Assembly (NCBI GenBank): GCA_023459055.1
Contig: JAEWVR010000019.1
Location: 38,480 to 102,479, forward strand
Direction: 5' to 3'
Source of the DNA: Fibrobacterota bacterium
GTDB taxonomy: Bacteria > Fibrobacterota > Chitinivibrionia > Chitinivibrionales > Chitinispirillaceae
DNA: 64,000 nucleotides
This document shows, one piece after another, positions 60,680 through 64,000 of this stretch. A program made the position numbers and the translations under genes. The notes under the pieces were generated by a model that was not told where the DNA came from, made no database searches, and saw only the letters and a list, made by a program, of their open reading frames with translations. The stretch's first letter is position 1, and every line of letters begins with the position of its first letter.

Positions 60680-61523
60680 GGCCAGGCGTATGACTTTTTA
60701 GTGGTTTTGGAGGATTGCGCTGTTTCCAATTTTCATTTTTCTTTTTCTCTTTCATTTCTCTACCTTGTTTTTTCTGACCCGGTCTTGCATTTATATCATT
60801 TTTCGATCTTTCTAAATAATTATCCACTAATTCACAAATTTCATACCCGACATAAATCGCTGATCCAACAATTACGACAGTAATCACTATTTCAGGAGCA
60901 AATATTGCTGCTGCAACAGGACCTACAGTGACAACCTGCTGTACAAGAGTCGCATTTTCCCCCTCAGGATCAACAAAATTGACAGGATCACTACTTACAT
61001 ATCGGTAAAGATTTACATCTCCACCCTCAAACCCGATCGGATCCTTACTTGTCCACCTCTCTGCAAAAGCATCATAATCACGTACGCCAAATCGTACAAA
61101 ACCTGTTTCTGAATCATACAACCCTCCGGCAAATCCAAATGGAGTAAATCCGGGGTTGTTATCTGATAATACTATACCGTACTCATCATAGTCAATTCTT
61201 TGGACGATTTCACCGGTGTTACTTTTTACAACCGCACGGACACTCCCAAGATGATCGGTTATCAATCGGAAGGTTTCGCCATTTTTCACCATGTATTCCG
61301 GAACATTAATTTGTGTTCCGTAAACATACCGGGCAACTACATTGTTCTGACCATCGTATTCGAGAGCTGGTTTTAACAGACCATCGTAGACCCATTTTTT
61401 AACAAGAACACCATTAACCTTTTTTCCGATCCTTCTGTTTTTGTCATCAACAATGTATTCAATTGTTTTCCCATTCGGTAACACAACAGACTTAATATTA
61501 CCCAGTACATCATAAGTATATAT
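60657..61523 (-). CDS. C-terminal portion of an rhs/YD-repeat toxin gene, with its 5' part separated by an IS-like insertion
   Basis: YD repeats 'YDGQNNVVARYVYG' and 'IDYDEYGIV', the core end '...[28 protein letters not shown]', and a variable tip. The frame stays open (IYTYDVLGNIKSV...) right up to the terminal inverted repeat at 61524. Confidence 0.7.
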   Translation of the reverse strand: MYTYDVLGNIKSVVLPNGKTIEYIVDDKNRRIGKKVNGVLVKKWVYDGLLKPALEYDGQNNVVARYVYGTQINVPEYMVKNGETFRLITDHLGSVRAVVKSNTGEIVQRIDYDEYGIVLSDNNPGFTPFGFAGGLYDSETGFVRFGVRDYDAFAERWTSKDPIGFEGGDVNLYRYVSSDPVNFVDPEGENATLVQQVVTVGPVAAAIFAPEIVITVVIVGSAIYVGYEICELVDNYLERSKNDINARPGQKKQGREMKEKKKNENWKQRNPPKPLKSHTPGRDHRKYK

Positions 61524-61580
61524 TCAGACCACCTGACCTATCTGGATTTTTAGTTGACACCAAATTTGCCGCAGACTGAT

Positions 61581-63338
61581 TTATGGGTCGTCTTTACACG
61601 TAGTAATACTGTAGATCATACGCATATCAGTTCCAGGAAAGGTGACCTCCGTTTCGTTGAGTTCGTCACATAGTTTTTTAATCGCCATATCTTGTGATTT
61701 GCAGGCCTGATGTGGCAAAATAACTGTTAGTGTATTTTTTTCTTTGTCAGGAATCAATTCTGCATTTGAAGTAAAAATCCTTTTAATCAGCATTCTTGCA
61801 TCTTCACTATCAGATAAATATTCTCGTAATGTTTCCACTAATGCACACTCAGAACGATATGCTATCATTTTTATTGTGTCAACGAGGTGTTTACTTTCAA
61901 CACTCAGCGCTTTAAATTGTTGATCCGGGGGAAGATCCTTTACTTGTATGTGACTTGATAGCTCTTTACGATTATTTTTAAGCTCAATTAGATTATTTGC
62001 CAGCCCTTCGATAGTATGGCGAAGATCTGCTTTCTTTTGAGCATACGACTCAACTTCACCTGGTTCGAGTTCTCCCGTAAACTCAATGTCACAGAAAACA
62101 GCCTTTAAACGTGTCAATTTTGATGTCGTTGCTTTAATCGTAGTTGTCAAAGCTCTATAGGCTGGATTTACCACCTTTGTAGTCTCAGGAATTTGCTCCG
62201 TTGAATAGTCCAATAACCTATCTAAATTATAATTCTCTCTCATATATTTAAAGTAGTTTTCCTGAGACCATCTTGAGAATAATTCAATTGCAATAGTTAA
62301 CAAGTCAGAGATATAGTCAGTTGACAGCATCGAAGTCTGGTGATCCTCTTTTTTTAAGCACCGTATCTCTCGTACCCATAATCCATTTGATAATTTCGAA
62401 CCTCGCTCTGCCAGTACAATCGTTTTTGACATACCTGTAACTTTGTCAATACTTGTATACTCTGAAAACTCTTCTTTATCCCAGGTGTCTTTAGGAAACT
62501 TATGGTAGGTGATTATTGCAATTCGTTGATTTTTCATTTCAGACATAAAGGCAGGACTGTATCCCTCACGATCAAAAATTACGGTAAAACGATGAAGGTG
62601 TGGATTAGCACCAAGCTCTTCTGGACTTGGTTGAGAGGGCACATCTTTTAGTAAGACAGGTATTATTTCTCTTCTCAGTACAGCAAGTAAACCATCATTA
62701 ACAGCCACACTTACGCAGAAAAAAGGTTTCCCATCCATCGCATTTACCCAATAGTCAACCGTTGCGCGCAAACACAACTTCTCACGCGCGACATAGTGAC
62801 GAGGAAGTTTCGTCGCACTTCCATGATAAACGCGCGTATGCCCATCAACACATAACACACCAGCACTTTTAACATCAGCATTCATCCACTTCTTAGAAAG
62901 CATCGCACTCCAGCTCTCAGTTTTTCTTTGTTCTGCTAAGAACTCAACTTTCTTTCGTAACGTTTTAACCTCCGGTATGCGGTCTATTCCAAGAATCTTT
63001 CCCCATTCTCCAGGTGTGCTATAGCGAAGTTGTTCAAATGTTTTTACACGGCATAGTGCAAGAAATGCAATAACAAGAAAAATCTGCGGAAGCGTATAAT
63101 AACCTTGTGGAAACTTAAAATGTTCTTCAATGGAATCTAATAAACCATTGCTTAGCAGTGCCGCCAGAGAAAACAATACACCAGCATTTTCAACATCACA
63201 ATGGTGGCCAAACTCAGTATCAACACCGTCTATCAGGCCAAAACGGGCACAAACTCTGTCAAGCACATTTGTTGCACCCATTCCTATAGGGGAACACGCA
63301 TCAAGAGTATTTCGCAGACTACGAGTTACTGGGGTCAC
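61581..63338 (-). CDS. Putative transposase (family unresolved)
   Basis: A 585-aa ORF inside the element bounded by terminal inverted repeats, downstream of the HTH ORF. Candidate acidic residues 'CVDGHT' and 'VIFDREGY'. No confident family assignment. Confidence 0.45.
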   Translation of the reverse strand: MTPVTRSLRNTLDACSPIGMGATNVLDRVCARFGLIDGVDTEFGHHCDVENAGVLFSLAALLSNGLLDSIEEHFKFPQGYYTLPQIFLVIAFLALCRVKTFEQLRYSTPGEWGKILGIDRIPEVKTLRKKVEFLAEQRKTESWSAMLSKKWMNADVKSAGVLCVDGHTRVYHGSATKLPRHYVAREKLCLRATVDYWVNAMDGKPFFCVSVAVNDGLLAVLRREIIPVLLKDVPSQPSPEELGANPHLHRFTVIFDREGYSPAFMSEMKNQRIAIITYHKFPKDTWDKEEFSEYTSIDKVTGMSKTIVLAERGSKLSNGLWVREIRCLKKEDHQTSMLSTDYISDLLTIAIELFSRWSQENYFKYMRENYNLDRLLDYSTEQIPETTKVVNPAYRALTTTIKATTSKLTRLKAVFCDIEFTGELEPGEVESYAQKKADLRHTIEGLANNLIELKNNRKELSSHIQVKDLPPDQQFKALSVESKHLVDTIKMIAYRSECALVETLREYLSDSEDARMLIKRIFTSNAELIPDKEKNTLTVILPHQACKSQDMAIKKLCDELNETEVTFPGTDMRMIYSITTCKDDP

Positions 63339-63361
63339 GGGGAGCTGCAGGGCACCACTAT

Positions 63362-63832
63362 TTACAGAGTTTTTTTTAATTGTTCGTTTACATGAAGCTT
63401 CTTTGCGGCAATTGCTTTTCTAATCGTGTCAGATTTCACACCTAATTTTTCTGAAACTTCATTGCGTGATAAACCCTCATCAAATAACTCCTGAGCTTTT
63501 TTTAAAACATCAGCCGTTAAAACCGTTGCACCTCTATGCACTTTTGGTGCAAAAAAAGAATTTATCCCTTTTTCCCGAAACTGCCTAACATATCTCTTTA
63601 CCGTTACTGGAGATAATCCAAATGCCCGTTGAATCTGGGCTCCTGTGACGGAACCATTGACAATAAGTTGGCTTGTATACATTCTAAATGAACGAAGGTC
63701 ATCTTTATGATGAGTGAAGACAGGATGAGCGCCATAGAAATAGGTAATAGTATCATCACGCTCTTCAAAGGCGATGTGTGAATTTATGTCATTACAACCC
63801 ATCGGAAAGATTGGCAGGTGAATCTGGGGCAT
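63362..63832 (-). CDS. HTH-domain protein (transposase OrfA-like)
   Basis: 'TGAQIQRAFGLSPVTVKRYVRQFREKG' and 'LSRNEVSEKLGVKSDTIRKAI' are two HTH motifs typical of IS OrfA / transposase N-termini. Confidence 0.5.
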   Translation of the reverse strand: MPQIHLPIFPMGCNDINSHIAFEERDDTITYFYGAHPVFTHHKDDLRSFRMYTSQLIVNGSVTGAQIQRAFGLSPVTVKRYVRQFREKGINSFFAPKVHRGATVLTADVLKKAQELFDEGLSRNEVSEKLGVKSDTIRKAIAAKKLHVNEQLKKTL

Positions 63833-64000
63833 ACATTACTCCGACTTTATAGATGGTATCACTGCAAAATCCGTATAAAAAATATAGTATCTGTTGGGTG
63901 TTGTTGTCCAAAACTTAATTAACGTTGATGGTATTAGACTTGACGGCTGTTTTGCTTTACATGTACGACTCAGCAAAAAACACTAGGTCAGGTGGTCTGA

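Larger units (their letters stand above)
61524..63999 (-). mobile_element. IS-like element of about 2.48 kb with perfect 17-bp terminal inverted repeats (TCAGACCACCTGACCTA), encoding an HTH ORF and a 585-aa putative transposase
   Basis: Left end 61524-61540 'TCAGACCACCTGACCTA'. The right end 63983-63999 is its exact reverse complement. It interrupts the rhs reading frame. Confidence 0.65.

Noticed and set aside
59115-64000. Prophage interpretation of the 3' region
   Set aside because: There are no capsid, terminase, portal or tail genes. The content is rhs toxin/immunity cassettes plus an IS-like element, consistent with a polymorphic-toxin island and not a phage.

Overview
This 64-kb window looks like it comes from a roughly 40% GC bacterium of the Fibrobacteres/Bacteroidetes-type (FCB) group. 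The assignment rests on a type IX secretion (T9SS) C-terminal sorting domain, a DUF1573 protein, a protein resembling the Fibrobacter-type TIGR02147 family, a GH10 xylanase and PorV-like motifs, and it was made from memory, not from a search. Housekeeping genes are scattered across the window: mtgA-like transglycosylase, icd, aroD, coaX-birA-nadC, nadA-nifS, coaE and a single tRNA-Gly(CCC). Five accessory blocks stand out. First, a four-gene + strand cluster (6.4-15.9 kb) encodes very large secreted or outer-membrane proteins: a PorV-like barrel with an inserted beta-propeller, a T9SS-sorted FG-GAP protein of 1254 aa, and an HExxH + TolB-propeller protein. Second, a decayed type I restriction-modification (RM) locus (22.5-28.1 kb) has hsdM and hsdS reduced to roughly 34- and 25-codon stubs, an AT-rich 496-aa unknown gene, and an intact hsdR. 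That hsdR carries an in-frame insertion of about 744 bp just before helicase motif I, encoding a DUF559 (Vsr-like endonuclease) domain plus GC-rich palindromic repeats. Third, and the best candidate for an undescribed system, is a minus-strand operon (31.97-40.67 kb): an NfeD-like membrane protein, an SPFH/flotillin protein with a long EA-repeat coiled-coil, and a giant 1800-aa soluble protein containing a single MoxR/dynein-type AAA+ module. Fourth, a GC-rich CCCTCC...GGAGGG palindromic repeat family and CTTCC/GGAAG microsatellites occur at several intergenic sites. Fifth, the 3' end of the window holds an rhs C-terminal toxin/immunity cassette array next to a truncated comM, and the rhs reading frame is interrupted by an IS-like element bounded by perfect 17-bp terminal inverted repeats. 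No CRISPR arrays, rRNA genes or phage structural genes were seen.
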